Shown one piece after another: positions 21,164 through 31,137 of a stretch of 64,000 nt of DNA (positions are counted from its first letter, which is position 1; the number at the start of each line of letters is the position of its first letter). The notes under the pieces were generated by a model. It ran no database searches and had not been told where the DNA came from. It saw nothing but the letters and a program-made list of their open reading frames with translations. The stretch lies in IMG/VR virus record IMGVR_UViG_3300046782_000157, one strand, 5' to 3'. Both the position numbers and the translations under genes were made by a program. This stretch comes from an uncultured virus (IMG/VR IMGVR_UViG_3300046782_000157). Lineage: Duplodnaviria; Heunggongvirae; Uroviricota; Caudoviricetes.

Positions 21164-22713
21164 TGCCTCCGCCAGGCTCATCGCCAAGCACTCCCATCAG
21201 GGACAGCTTCAATCGAGCTGACTCTAGCTCGCTTGGATCGGCCTGGTCTTCTCCTGCGATCGGTTCCGGTGAGAGTTCTTGCCGCATCCTCAACAACCAG
21301 TGCCGACCTCAGGGACAGAGCGGGCCATCCTCTAGTTACTTGAACACGATCTTTGGCCCTACTCAAGAAGCATACTGCACGGGCCTGGGCAGCGGCAGCG
21401 TCGTTCAGGTGATCGTTGGCCTCACCGCCGTAGGGTATGCATATCGACTCGTGAATGACCAGCCGGCTGGGCAGATGCGCATAGTGAGATCTATCAACGG
21501 CAATGATACGACGGTCGCGAACTACACCACCGGCCAGGCTGCTCCTCCTGGAGGAGGCATGTGGTTGTACATGGAGCCGTTCGGCTCGAACGGGGTGACG
21601 CTCTACGCTTACCAGAGTGATGATGGGATCACCTGGACGCAGGTGCTCCAGGTATCGGACACTGGCCTGGGATCAATCCCATCCGGTTATACGGGACTGC
21701 GACTGACGACTAACGGCCAGTGCGACAACTTCGGCGGCGGAACGGTAGGCGTTCAGGGGCAAGCGGTTCCAGCGGTAGCTACAGCAAGCTCGCTCCTAGC
21801 TACGGGCACCAAGAGTTTTGGTGGACAGGGATCACCAGGCGTCGCAACAGCAGTCTCGCCAGGCGCGAATCCAAGGATGGCGCCGGTCACTGTTGCGGCG
21901 ACTACGACGGCAGGAGCGTTGCCTGCTAAGAGCAAGATGGTGGTGAACACGACGTTCGGTGTTATTACGTCAGCGTCAGTATGTGCCACCGGATCTACCA
22001 GCGTTCCGGCCTATCCGCCAATTGCTCCTCCAACGCCACCGCCACCGCCTCCGCCGCCAGATCCGCGAGACGTACCGGCGCTCGATGGGCCGTTCACCTA
22101 TCTTATGTACAATGCTTTGCTCCCTCTCGCGTGGGCTGACGAGGATCTCGGCTGGCCAATGCTCAACTTCTTCAAGTCGATTGCTTACATCGTCCACGAG
22201 CCGTACGCGCTGGCCGTCGATCCGGGCTGGCAGCTCGTCGTGGACATCGACAACGTCCCATCGAAGTTTCTGGATTGGCTGGCACAGTTCGTTGGCATTC
22301 CAACGATCACGTTCCGCAATCTATCCAACGACATCAAGCGCGCCCAGATCGTAGATGCTCCAGGCTGGCATCGTGGAACGCGCGATCGAATGGTGAAGGC
22401 TGCTCAGTCCCAGCTCACCGGGAACAAGAACGTGTTTGTGTACGAGCGATATGACCCGAACTTCCCCGGACAGGATCGGGCATACCACATCACATTCATC
22501 ACCTACGCGAGTGAGACACCAAACTCCGCAGCTCTACTGGCAGCACTGACGGCTGCTAAGCCGGGTGGGCTACAGATGACGCTGCTATCGAGAGCCGGAC
22601 AGATTTGGATGTGGCTCCGAGATCACTATCCACCAACAACCCAGCGGACATGGGCAAACGCTCGGTCAGACTATACTGACTGGGAACATGCACGTGACGT
22701 GACGTACTACTAG
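21163..22713 (+). CDS. gpI-like baseplate wedge protein with N-terminal lectin-like domain
   Basis: LDWLAQFVG...HRGT gpI-like motif after a polyproline linker; N-terminus homologous to the 4112 protein. Confidence 0.75.
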   Translation: MPPPGSSPSTPIRDSFNRADSSSLGSAWSSPAIGSGESSCRILNNQCRPQGQSGPSSSYLNTIFGPTQEAYCTGLGSGSVVQVIVGLTAVGYAYRLVNDQPAGQMRIVRSINGNDTTVANYTTGQAAPPGGGMWLYMEPFGSNGVTLYAYQSDDGITWTQVLQVSDTGLGSIPSGYTGLRLTTNGQCDNFGGGTVGVQGQAVPAVATASSLLATGTKSFGGQGSPGVATAVSPGANPRMAPVTVAATTTAGALPAKSKMVVNTTFGVITSASVCATGSTSVPAYPPIAPPTPPPPPPPPDPRDVPALDGPFTYLMYNALLPLAWADEDLGWPMLNFFKSIAYIVHEPYALAVDPGWQLVVDIDNVPSKFLDWLAQFVGIPTITFRNLSNDIKRAQIVDAPGWHRGTRDRMVKAAQSQLTGNKNVFVYERYDPNFPGQDRAYHITFITYASETPNSAALLAALTAAKPGGLQMTLLSRAGQIWMWLRDHYPPTTQRTWANARSDYTDWEHARDVTYY

Positions 22714-22721
22714 GAGGGACA

Positions 22722-23936
22722 GTGGGATCAGTTACAGCTCGACTCCAGCTGCCCTACCCCGCGCTGACTGACACGGCAGACGGGCCAGCGGCGTTCCAGG
22801 CGCTCGCGCTCGCGCTCGACAGAGCTGCCATCGATGATCAAGGTGCGTTCAGCGCGAGGCCGGTCAGCACGCCAGCTCAGCCAGGAATCAAAGGACGCTA
22901 CTATTGGGCCACCGACCAGGGCATTCTCTACCGAGACAACGGTACGGGATACGACCCTGTCACGATCTCTGCTCCAGTAGATGGTGACTCAGATGTTCCA
23001 AGCCTGCGCACGATGGGATCGGGCAGCCACCAAGCCTGCGCAGGTGACGATCCTCGGCTGAGCGACCAGCGCGTTCCGCTCGACAACTCCGTCACTGGCG
23101 TGAAGGTTCATACGAGCCTGAAGCCGTCTGGTGGGGCCAGTGCCGCAACTGAGGCGCTGCGTGCTCTCGGCTCGGATGCCGGACTAGCAGCTCCTGGGAT
23201 TCACGCCGCGTATCACCGGCCGTCGTTCAATGGCGGAGTCTCGCCGATCGACTACACCCTTGTCAATATGTTTGGCACCAAGAATCAGCGGGTGTTGCGC
23301 GACCCGGCGACGGCATCGAGTCTAACCTGGTACGAGACAGACACCGGCGACTTCTACGGATCAGACGGCACGCAGTGGATCCGTATCATCCAGCATTCGA
23401 TCCAAGGGCCAACGTATATGCCCATTGCCAACTTCCCTCCAGCTGGGGCGACGGATGGGCAGGAGATCTATATTGTCATCAACTCTCGTACCGTCTGGCA
23501 CGTTCGCTACGACGCGGCCGAGTCCTCCCAGTACAAGTGGAAGTGCATTGGTCGGCAGGAGCCGATGTATGCTTCTGCCAGCGGAAGCATACCACTCCCG
23601 GCCAGCGCGCAAGCGGTAGCGCAGGTTCAGTTGCCGCGCTCAGGTGAGTATCGGTTGGACGCCGGTGGTGTCTTCGATCGAGCGGCGGCAGCGTCGGGTG
23701 GTTGTCACATCAACCTTGGAACGGGTATTGGTGGCATCCAGGGAGTCCAGGGGGAAGGTTGGCTGGATGCGACCGGCGGCCACACAGCGCAAACCGTTGA
23801 AGTGTCCAACGACTTCGCTGCGGCGGGCACTGGCCAGTCAGCAGCAGCCTACGCCTACGGAACCAACACCGATGGCACGAGCCCCGTCAACGTTATCAAG
23901 GCCTGGGTGAAGGCGTTTCCCATGAGGCTCTCGTGA
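22722..23936 (+). CDS. tail fibre protein
   Basis: RBS GGAGG; LQLPYP, AGDDPRLSDQR fibre motifs; position. Confidence 0.7.
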   Translation: MGSVTARLQLPYPALTDTADGPAAFQALALALDRAAIDDQGAFSARPVSTPAQPGIKGRYYWATDQGILYRDNGTGYDPVTISAPVDGDSDVPSLRTMGSGSHQACAGDDPRLSDQRVPLDNSVTGVKVHTSLKPSGGASAATEALRALGSDAGLAAPGIHAAYHRPSFNGGVSPIDYTLVNMFGTKNQRVLRDPATASSLTWYETDTGDFYGSDGTQWIRIIQHSIQGPTYMPIANFPPAGATDGQEIYIVINSRTVWHVRYDAAESSQYKWKCIGRQEPMYASASGSIPLPASAQAVAQVQLPRSGEYRLDAGGVFDRAAAASGGCHINLGTGIGGIQGVQGEGWLDATGGHTAQTVEVSNDFAAAGTGQSAAAYAYGTNTDGTSPVNVIKAWVKAFPMRLS

Positions 23937-24178
23937 ACGACGTTCAGATCCCCGAGGATCATCCCAACAGGATCCAGCGCGCGACTGACGCGGCCAGTGG
24001 TGGCGGCGTTGGCATTCTAGTCGTCTGGGTCGCATCTCTGTTTGGTGCTGATCTTCCACCTGCCGCCGCAGCGACGCTGACGACTTTCATCATCATAGCT
24101 GCTGCCGCTCTTGGCAGGAACGGCATCCGTGGTCTAGCCGTCAAGCTCTGGCGCGGCGCAAACGGAGACAGCAAATGA
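23933..24178 (+). CDS. putative holin
   Basis: 81 aa with two hydrophobic helices and a basic C-terminus. Confidence 0.55.
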   Translation: MNDVQIPEDHPNRIQRATDAASGGGVGILVVWVASLFGADLPPAAAATLTTFIIIAAAALGRNGIRGLAVKLWRGANGDSK

Positions 24179-24381
24179 TACGAGGAGAGAGAACAGACCG
24201 CCCGTTGCCCGATCCTGATACGCCGATCCCAACGGTCAGCAAGACAATCGGCAAGGCGGTTAAACGAGCTACCGGAGAGCGCAGAGTTGGGGATGATCTG
24301 CTGCTGTCGGACATTCGGCTGTTGAACAAGATCTTCAACGGTAGCAGTCTCTACAACAAGGGAAGGTTCAACGGCCACTAA
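24175..24381 (+). CDS. hypothetical protein
   Basis: ATGA overlap; last + strand gene. Confidence 0.4.
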   Translation: MIRGERTDRPLPDPDTPIPTVSKTIGKAVKRATGERRVGDDLLLSDIRLLNKIFNGSSLYNKGRFNGH

Positions 24382-24698
24382 CGCATCTTGGAATATCTAG
24401 TGTGACGGCCGCAAGTACAGCCAGGAGAGCATTTGGCCCCTTTGTTCCAGGCAGCTCCTCCTTTTCTCGGCCAATCATCTAACTTGCAATGGCATGATTT
24501 GCATAGTTCAATGTAGTCATCAATATTGCGTTGATACTGGTGATCCTTATTTGCCCACTCGGTGTACCCTTTCTTGTCACAGCTAGTGCATCTTCCTGTC
24601 TTCTTCTTGCGACGTTTGACCCAGTGATGGACAGCAACCTTTCCGGCCTTGTCGCCTTTCCATCCTACGTTATTATCGTTTTTTTGATTGTTATTCAT
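24378..24698 (-). CDS. HNH endonuclease-like protein
   Basis: WKGD...H.WV...CxxC...EWAN...LCKSCH; visibly AT-richer. Confidence 0.75.
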   Translation of the reverse strand: MNNNQKNDNNVGWKGDKAGKVAVHHWVKRRKKKTGRCTSCDKKGYTEWANKDHQYQRNIDDYIELCKSCHCKLDDWPRKGGAAWNKGAKCSPGCTCGRHTRYSKMR

Positions 24699-25156
24699 CT
24701 CATCGCGTACGCCATGAGGTTCAGCTCGTTGTTGATGCGAGTGACGGCGGGCTTGGCGTAGGTGGTGTCGGGTTTCTTGAGTCCCCAAGTAGCTATGTAG
24801 GTTCGACGGGCGGTGAGGTAGGATTGCTCCTCCTCCCACCATTTGTCCCAGATCAGGCTGGCGCCTTCAACTTTATCCGCGTCGGTGAGCGGTCGCCAGC
24901 TGACCTTGTTTGGATCCTTTTCACTCCACCCGATTAGCTGCTGTCGCAGAACATGGAGAACACGCCGGCATCTGCGCTTGTCCAGTGCAAGCTCGTCGGA
25001 TGTGGCATCGCCGCCCAGCCGTCTTGGTATCTCAATAGCCACCATGACGTAGCAGGCAGCAGTCTGGATCCGCGCGATCTCCTCTTGCGAGAAGCTCTCG
25101 CCGGTTAACGTCGTGTCTACCGTCAACGACGGCTCGAACCATTCCTCTAGGAACAT
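24695..25156 (-). CDS. hypothetical protein
   Basis: RBS AGGAGG, ATG 25156; ATGA overlap with HNH. Confidence 0.55.
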   Translation of the reverse strand: MFLEEWFEPSLTVDTTLTGESFSQEEIARIQTAACYVMVAIEIPRRLGGDATSDELALDKRRCRRVLHVLRQQLIGWSEKDPNKVSWRPLTDADKVEGASLIWDKWWEEEQSYLTARRTYIATWGLKKPDTTYAKPAVTRINNELNLMAYAMR

Positions 25157-25263
25157 CCTGCAGCCTCCTGCAATTCGTATAAGTCTAGGACATCGTATCC
25201 CTTGCCCCCTACCCTCGGAGAATTGCAGGGGCCATGCAGCAAATTGCAGGGCGGTCTCACGGC

Positions 25264-25701
25264 CTATTCCTCGGCCCCGCAGCCCCGTTCGGCTGCCCAG
25301 GCCTGCCACCGCTCCTGCGACCAGTTGGGATTCGGGATCACGTGGATCTCATTGCCGAGCATGTCGGCCAGACTCATAGCTGTCAAGATCTTGTCGGCCA
25401 TGTGGAGATTGGTGTACTTGGTCTCTCGGAGTAGGATCTTGCGAACGATTCTGGGATCAATCCCTGCTAGCTCTCCAACGACCGATGTGAACGAGTATTG
25501 AGATCGAGGATTCAACTCGTCAATATGTTGCCGCTCCCACTCGTCGGATGCCCGACGGAGGACTGTTTCTAGCTCCTCCGTCGGGACAACCTGGGGATCG
25601 GACTGAGCATAGTTGGGCTCCCACCCGTTCGCCAGCTGTTTCGAGATACGATGGGTGCGCTGATAGTGAGCAGCTCCACTCTGATACCCGTCCGTCTTCA
25701 T
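25264..25701 (-). CDS. XRE-like helix-turn-helix protein
   Basis: ELAGIDPRIVRKILLRE...LHMADKILTAM. Confidence 0.55.
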   Translation of the reverse strand: MKTDGYQSGAAHYQRTHRISKQLANGWEPNYAQSDPQVVPTEELETVLRRASDEWERQHIDELNPRSQYSFTSVVGELAGIDPRIVRKILLRETKYTNLHMADKILTAMSLADMLGNEIHVIPNPNWSQERWQAWAAERGCGAEE

Positions 25702-25705
25702 GGCG

Positions 25706-25792
25706 CTAGGGCCGCTTTATGAATCCTAGAAACATTACAACAGCGATGATCCCAACCTCAATGAGCAGAATCCATGACTGCGTATTGGTCAT
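25706..25792 (-). CDS. small membrane peptide
   Basis: MTNTQSWILLIEVGIIAVVMFLGFIKRP; ATGA overlap with thyX. Confidence 0.5.
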   Translation of the reverse strand: MTNTQSWILLIEVGIIAVVMFLGFIKRP

Positions 25793-26697
25793 ACGATTCT
25801 CAACTCCTTCTTTGGCTTGAAGCGCCGGTTCTCCTCGATGGCATAGGGGAAGTCGCATTGACCCTCGACTTTCTCCCAGCCCTGGAACTCGCACATATGA
25901 GTCTTCTCGCAGGTGATCTTGATGTACGGCTCCAGCCAGGGGTGAGCCTCAACTAGCAGCTTGCCCATCTCGCGGAAGCAGTACACGATCTCATGCTGGA
26001 ACATCGTACACGCCCGGTAGGCGTACGTGGCGATGAACTCCCGGAGCGGGTACTCGCACTGGATGTAGTTGGTGGTTCCTTCCGGCAGGATGTAGCGAGC
26101 GTCCTGGTAGCTTACGTCGTGGAGGCAGGCCACCCGGTACGCCTCGTGCGCTGCCGCGAGCGCCTTCAGGTAGGCGTCACGGACAGGGATCGGAGCACGC
26201 CAGATCGACTCTGGCATTCGAGCTTGGGGCTGTGTTCCATACCAGGTAGCTCGCTGGCTCTGCTGGTGGAACCCGGCCTTGCGCGTTCGGACAAGCTGGT
26301 GAGTACAGCACCGACTTACGCCGGTGATCTCGAAGACGACAACCTGGGTCTCCAGGGAGGATTGTAGTCCTCCCCGGAGCATTTCGTCCCAGTCCGCCAT
26401 CTCACCAGGATCGTTGATGTCGATTCCCGTAGTCGCCCGGAGTGCACGGCTCTGAACGGCACGGAAGTCTTCCTCATTGATTCCTTGCACGAGACGCACC
26501 TGGATGTCGTCTACACCAATCGAGATCTTCGCGTTGTTGAACGGACTATTGTGAGTCCCTTCCTGGTTCTTGGAATGGCGGTTGAAGGCCACATCCCTCC
26601 CCAGAGGAGTCTCGTGATAGTCCATGGACGCTCGGCTCGGGTGGTAGTAGGCGTACTCCTGGTCAACTGTCTCGATGTAGATGAGATGCGGATCCAT
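25789..26697 (-). CDS. thyX: FAD-dependent thymidylate synthase-like protein
   Basis: SR..THQLVRTR-x7-S-QR and QDARYILP motifs; RHR altered to RTR. Confidence 0.85.
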   Translation of the reverse strand: MDPHLIYIETVDQEYAYYHPSRASMDYHETPLGRDVAFNRHSKNQEGTHNSPFNNAKISIGVDDIQVRLVQGINEEDFRAVQSRALRATTGIDINDPGEMADWDEMLRGGLQSSLETQVVVFEITGVSRCCTHQLVRTRKAGFHQQSQRATWYGTQPQARMPESIWRAPIPVRDAYLKALAAAHEAYRVACLHDVSYQDARYILPEGTTNYIQCEYPLREFIATYAYRACTMFQHEIVYCFREMGKLLVEAHPWLEPYIKITCEKTHMCEFQGWEKVEGQCDFPYAIEENRRFKPKKELRIV

Positions 26698-26699
26698 CG

Positions 26700-27098
26700 C
26701 TAGCCCTTCTGGCTGACGATGTTCTTACCTGCCTTCGACTTTATGAAAGCAGCTTGCGCTGAAGCGTCGAGTTTCTTGGGGACAACCCTTTTGATCACTG
26801 GTGCCGGCGCGGCCACGAGTCGAACGGCTGCCTTACGTGCCTTGCTATCTGCCGCTGCCGTCTGCTCGACGCCACCGAACCCGGTGTATGTCTCGCCCTT
26901 CTTGTACATCTGGCCCTTGGTTCGAGGCGCTGTGTACCGCCAAGAGATCCTACAGATCCCCGGCATGCTGAAGTCGTAGCCGTCGGAGATCTCCTCTTCT
27001 GCGATCTGGGCGAGCGCGTCCATGACGTTCTTGGACAGTTTCGGTTTGACGCCGGTCAGCTCCTCGACGGCTTGTGCCAACTCATTTTTGCTCAGCAC
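26700..27098 (-). CDS. HU/IHF-family DNA-binding protein
   Basis: LSKNELAQAVEE.TG...V.DAL...I...I..G...PG. Confidence 0.8.
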   Translation of the reverse strand: MLSKNELAQAVEELTGVKPKLSKNVMDALAQIAEEEISDGYDFSMPGICRISWRYTAPRTKGQMYKKGETYTGFGGVEQTAAADSKARKAAVRLVAAPAPVIKRVVPKKLDASAQAAFIKSKAGKNIVSQKG

Positions 27099-27120
27099 CT
27101 TTGCTCCCTTCTTGGTTCTT

Positions 27121-27465
27121 CTAGGGCGCTCGACTCAACCAGTAGAGATAGCCGCCGTGTAGGTAGCAGCCATTCCCTCCCAGGCCGATGCGCCGAATTA
27201 CACGATACTGCTGCCAAGGCGTCGCATTGTACGCCTCGGATGGGTAGCCGGGATAGCGGTACTGATCCCACGATCCGTTGGCAAACCCGAAGGCACCTTG
27301 ATACGACCCACTGTTGTGCCTCCAGTTCAGCTGCGTCTCGCACATCCCGACCGCCCAGTACAGCTTTGGCAGCCAGCTTGGACGCGGTGGTACCCTGTAC
27401 GTGCTCGCTGTTGCGACTGTCGTGAGGGCGAACCCCACGATGATCATGGCGGCGAGTCGCCTCAT
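27121..27465 (-). CDS. secreted resuscitation-promoting-factor (Rpf)-like transglycosylase
   Basis: RBS GGAGG; signal peptide; WAVGMCETQLNW..NSG.YQGAFGF...SW...A..ATPWQQ...C resembles the Rpf domain. Confidence 0.75.
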   Translation of the reverse strand: MRRLAAMIIVGFALTTVATASTYRVPPRPSWLPKLYWAVGMCETQLNWRHNSGSYQGAFGFANGSWDQYRYPGYPSEAYNATPWQQYRVIRRIGLGGNGCYLHGGYLYWLSRAP

Positions 27466-27488
27466 TGACCTCCAGTGTCTGCTGGTCG

Positions 27489-30400
27489 CTACGCATCGGG
27501 GTCTATTACCCACATCTTGCTTGCCCTGACCTCGCGCGCAGCACGGAATCCAGGCTTCACGCCTTGAACTACTACAACGTCCTTGTTCAGGCGCAGGCCC
27601 CAAAGAGCCTTTCGGAAACCAGGATACTTGTAGCGGTCTACACGGATCGACACCAGCTCGGTGCCGTCATAGCCTGCCGCGATCATCCACTCGTTTAGAT
27701 CCGGCCGGTCTATAGACTCGGGGTCAACTTCGACTCCACGAGCCTTGTTGATCTCGAAAATGTCCCGAAGGTTGCGCTGGACGACCACACCTATCCAGGT
27801 CACTTCCGTGTCGCGCCCACGCTCGTATGGAACTTCGAGCGCGGTATGGGTTGGCTCCGGGAGGCCCAATCTGGGCATGTCGGTCTTGACCTTCTGGATG
27901 AGATTATCCAGGGTGTAGATTCCGAACACGTCCGGTTGGCTAACCCAATCTTGTATCGAGGCCGATGTCTTCGGCCCGAATCCTTTGATGCGCTCGATCT
28001 CGCCCCACTCCGTGAGCCCCATCTCATCTCGTCCCTCAATCAGAGCTTGTGCCTTCGACTCTCCGATGCCAGGAATCTGGAGCAGCCCGCCGTGGAGCGT
28101 CCGATTCTGGTCGTTATATGTCCAAGTCATTTCAGCCGTATCAAAGTGTGGAGCCTCAATCAAGAAGCTATGGTTGACGGCGTCGCGGAGGGCGACCGTC
28201 TCTGGATCAATCTTGGCCTTGGAGACAGCCGAGGCTTTCGTGTTGCCGCGCGAGCCGGATGTGTTAGCCGAGGAGCGTGCCGACACGCCACGGAGTAGCC
28301 ACTTGTACCAGGTTCCTTGGTGATGGACTTTGAAGTGTCCGTCCCACCAGGCGATGTACCCGTAGGAGATCGTGTGAGCTGCGTTAAATGCGTACGAACC
28401 GGCAGTGATGCAGTCACCCCAAATTGCTCGCGCCGTCTGCTCGTCCATCTCCGGTACGTCCATTCGCTCGTGAAGCGTCTGCGCTCCTTCCCAGAAGCGA
28501 TGCCACTGCCTCTGGAACTCCTGGTCGCCTAGCTTCTTGGAAATGATGCGACGGATGTGAGCGGCGTGAGTCCAGTCAAAGTTTCCGATCTCACGGACAA
28601 TGCGCAGAATTTGTTCCTGGTAGATGATCTGATAATAAGTATCTGCCGTGATGGATGCAAGAGCAGGATGTGATACTGTGGGCTTAACGAGACCACGCTT
28701 GATGTCGATGTACGACTGAGCAGATCCGTTATGGAGCGGGCCAGGTCGAGCAAGCGCGGTGATGTCGCATACCTCTCGAAAGCTGTCAGGCTTGAGAGCG
28801 CCGCTAATGCTTCGTACAGCTCGTCCCTCATACTGAAAGATACCTGTGACGTCGTTAGCCCTGAACAATGATATGACATCCTCGTCCTCCGTCGGGATGG
28901 TGTACAGGTAGCTGGTGGGCTCGCCGATGTCGCGGCAGCATCCCGCGAGCCGATCCATCGCGTTCAGCCTGAGGTAGTCGAGCTTGAGGAGTCCGAGATA
29001 TTCTGCATCGTACTTATCAAGGCCAACAACTTTACGCACTCGTCCTTTGACAACTCGGGTGACAACGCTACACACATCTGTGATGGGCCCATTGGATACC
29101 ACAACACCCGCAGCGTGTACCCCGAATCCCTTTGCATTGCCCTCAAGGCGCGTCGCCGTCGCCAGCGCTGGATACTCAACCAGAACCTTTGACGCCTGCT
29201 CGAACTGCTCAAATGTATCTTCAATCGTGGCGCTAGCGCGAAGATCTCCTGAGGATCGTTCGATGAGGACATCCTTCACCTTCTCTACTTCATAGATTGG
29301 AATGTTGTAGACACGGGCGATATCGTCGAGGGCCAACTTGCTCTTATACATTGTAAACGTCCCAACGTCGCTGACGCAATCGCGACCATAGCGGGCGATG
29401 AGGTAGTCCACAACTTCGTGTCGTCTCTCCGCCTCGAAATCCACGTCGATGTCAGGTAGATCCTGCCGCGAGATGTCAATGAACCTCTCAAATACAAGAT
29501 GGTCAAAGAGCATTGGATTGACCTCAGTGATGCGGAGTAGCCAACACGCCAGTGAGGCGGCGGCAGATCCGCGTGCCGGGCCAACCGCAATTCCGCTGTC
29601 TTTCGCCCAGCGTAGAGAGTCGCTAACAACGAGGAAATAATCAATAAAGTCCTTCTCCTCGATGATCCCCATTTCATAGCGCAGCCTTTCCGCGTACCGC
29701 TCGCGCTCGCGGCGCGGCAGCTTGTGGCACTTGCGCTCTCGCCACCCCTGCCTCAACCACTCCCGCCAGGTCGCTTTGGAATCTTTCGTCGGATATCGGA
29801 GCATAGGCAACTTGGGCAGTTCTACTTTGCACCGTTGTGCGATCTGTTCCGTGTTGAGGATGGCATCAATCGCTTGCTTGCGGGGCACACCCGTGGCTAC
29901 GAGCTTACGCAGAATCGTGTTGTCGTTCGGGGCCACGCACAGGTCGGCGTTATAGCCCCAGCCACGGATCTGCTCCTCCAGCGTCTGCTGCTTGCCCGGC
30001 CGGACGTTATGGAGCACCTGTTGTAGCTCCTTCTCGGTCGGCATCGTGTAGTGGCAGTCGAGCGTTACCACGAGCGGGATGTCTGTCTCGCGGGAGATGC
30101 GAGCTAGAGCTTCATTAGCCAGGCACGTTTCCTTGAGTTCAGGAAATGCCTGAACCTCGATGTAATAGGAATCGCCAAAAGTACGGGCGAACCGTCTAGC
30201 CACATTTCGAGCCCTTTGGTAGGATGCGTCGCCAGCATCAATTCCTTTCCCTCCCATGAGTGAGGTGAAGAGCAAACTACTTTGGCAACCACTAAGAACG
30301 ATGAGGCCATTGCCTCTGGTGGCAAGCATACTTCCTGATACAGTGGGCTGATGGTAGAATCCTTCATTGTTAGCCTCCGTGACGAGCCGAAGTAGGTTGC

Positions 30401-30683
30401 GATATCCCTCCTGCGTCTCGGCTAGGACGGTAAGATGATTCTTGGACTGCGCGCGGTGATCTTCATCTATGGGCCCGCAGTAGAACTCGCATCCGAAGAT
30501 GGACTGGACTCCTTCCTTACGCGCAGCCTGCTCAAACTTTGCATGAGAGAATACATTTCCGTGTTCAGTGAGGGCGAGGCTACCCATGCCAAGCTCAGTT
30601 GCCCTCCGCACGTGCGCTTCGGGCAGCGCATATCCATCCAGGAAACTGTAGGTGGAATGATGATGGAGACTGGCAAACCGCAT
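27489..30683 (-). CDS. dnaE: DNA polymerase III alpha subunit
   Basis: PHP domain HSTYSFLDG, TEHG; RGSAA, FERF, PDIDVDF, YAFN.AH; possible in-frame start further upstream. Confidence 0.95.
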   Translation of the reverse strand: MRFASLHHHSTYSFLDGYALPEAHVRRATELGMGSLALTEHGNVFSHAKFEQAARKEGVQSIFGCEFYCGPIDEDHRAQSKNHLTVLAETQEGYRNLLRLVTEANNEGFYHQPTVSGSMLATRGNGLIVLSGCQSSLLFTSLMGGKGIDAGDASYQRARNVARRFARTFGDSYYIEVQAFPELKETCLANEALARISRETDIPLVVTLDCHYTMPTEKELQQVLHNVRPGKQQTLEEQIRGWGYNADLCVAPNDNTILRKLVATGVPRKQAIDAILNTEQIAQRCKVELPKLPMLRYPTKDSKATWREWLRQGWRERKCHKLPRRERERYAERLRYEMGIIEEKDFIDYFLVVSDSLRWAKDSGIAVGPARGSAAASLACWLLRITEVNPMLFDHLVFERFIDISRQDLPDIDVDFEAERRHEVVDYLIARYGRDCVSDVGTFTMYKSKLALDDIARVYNIPIYEVEKVKDVLIERSSGDLRASATIEDTFEQFEQASKVLVEYPALATATRLEGNAKGFGVHAAGVVVSNGPITDVCSVVTRVVKGRVRKVVGLDKYDAEYLGLLKLDYLRLNAMDRLAGCCRDIGEPTSYLYTIPTEDEDVISLFRANDVTGIFQYEGRAVRSISGALKPDSFREVCDITALARPGPLHNGSAQSYIDIKRGLVKPTVSHPALASITADTYYQIIYQEQILRIVREIGNFDWTHAAHIRRIISKKLGDQEFQRQWHRFWEGAQTLHERMDVPEMDEQTARAIWGDCITAGSYAFNAAHTISYGYIAWWDGHFKVHHQGTWYKWLLRGVSARSSANTSGSRGNTKASAVSKAKIDPETVALRDAVNHSFLIEAPHFDTAEMTWTYNDQNRTLHGGLLQIPGIGESKAQALIEGRDEMGLTEWGEIERIKGFGPKTSASIQDWVSQPDVFGIYTLDNLIQKVKTDMPRLGLPEPTHTALEVPYERGRDTEVTWIGVVVQRNLRDIFEINKARGVEVDPESIDRPDLNEWMIAAGYDGTELVSIRVDRYKYPGFRKALWGLRLNKDVVVVQGVKPGFRAAREVRASKMWVIDPDA

Positions 30684-30843
30684 CTCTCGCACGCTCCGAT
30701 GTACGCGGGCAGTTCTCTTGTCTCTTCTGACGAGGACTGGCTGTTCTCCATTGGAACATTCCTCCTTGTGCCGATCGCGCCCGCTGAACGCGCTGATACC
30801 TGAGTCGCTCAGCGACTTCTTAAAGTCGCGCTGGACAATGTTG

Positions 30844-31137
30844 CTAGATTTCTTCGCCATAATGCACCCAGTTGTCGAGGATATTGTCTGCTTTGGTCTT
30901 CCCGTCAACAACGAGCATAACGCGGATCTCTCCGTGATAGCTCACGCGCGTGATCTCGGTGACTTCATCCGTGTCCTCCCAGCGCCGGTCTTCGGGTTGA
31001 TAGACAATCATTGCGATGCCAGTCTTCCCCTCGTGATCGATCGTTGCATATCTCTCGGCCAGGATCTTGCATGGACGGCCGCTATGAGTGATCATGAAGT
31101 AGAGCTGGAGCTGCTTTCTGAAGTCAGACTTTTTCAA
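30844..31137 (-). CDS. hypothetical protein
   Basis: ORF in packed operon. Confidence 0.5.
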   Translation of the reverse strand: MKKSDFRKQLQLYFMITHSGRPCKILAERYATIDHEGKTGIAMIVYQPEDRRWEDTDEVTEITRVSYHGEIRVMLVVDGKTKADNILDNWVHYGEEI

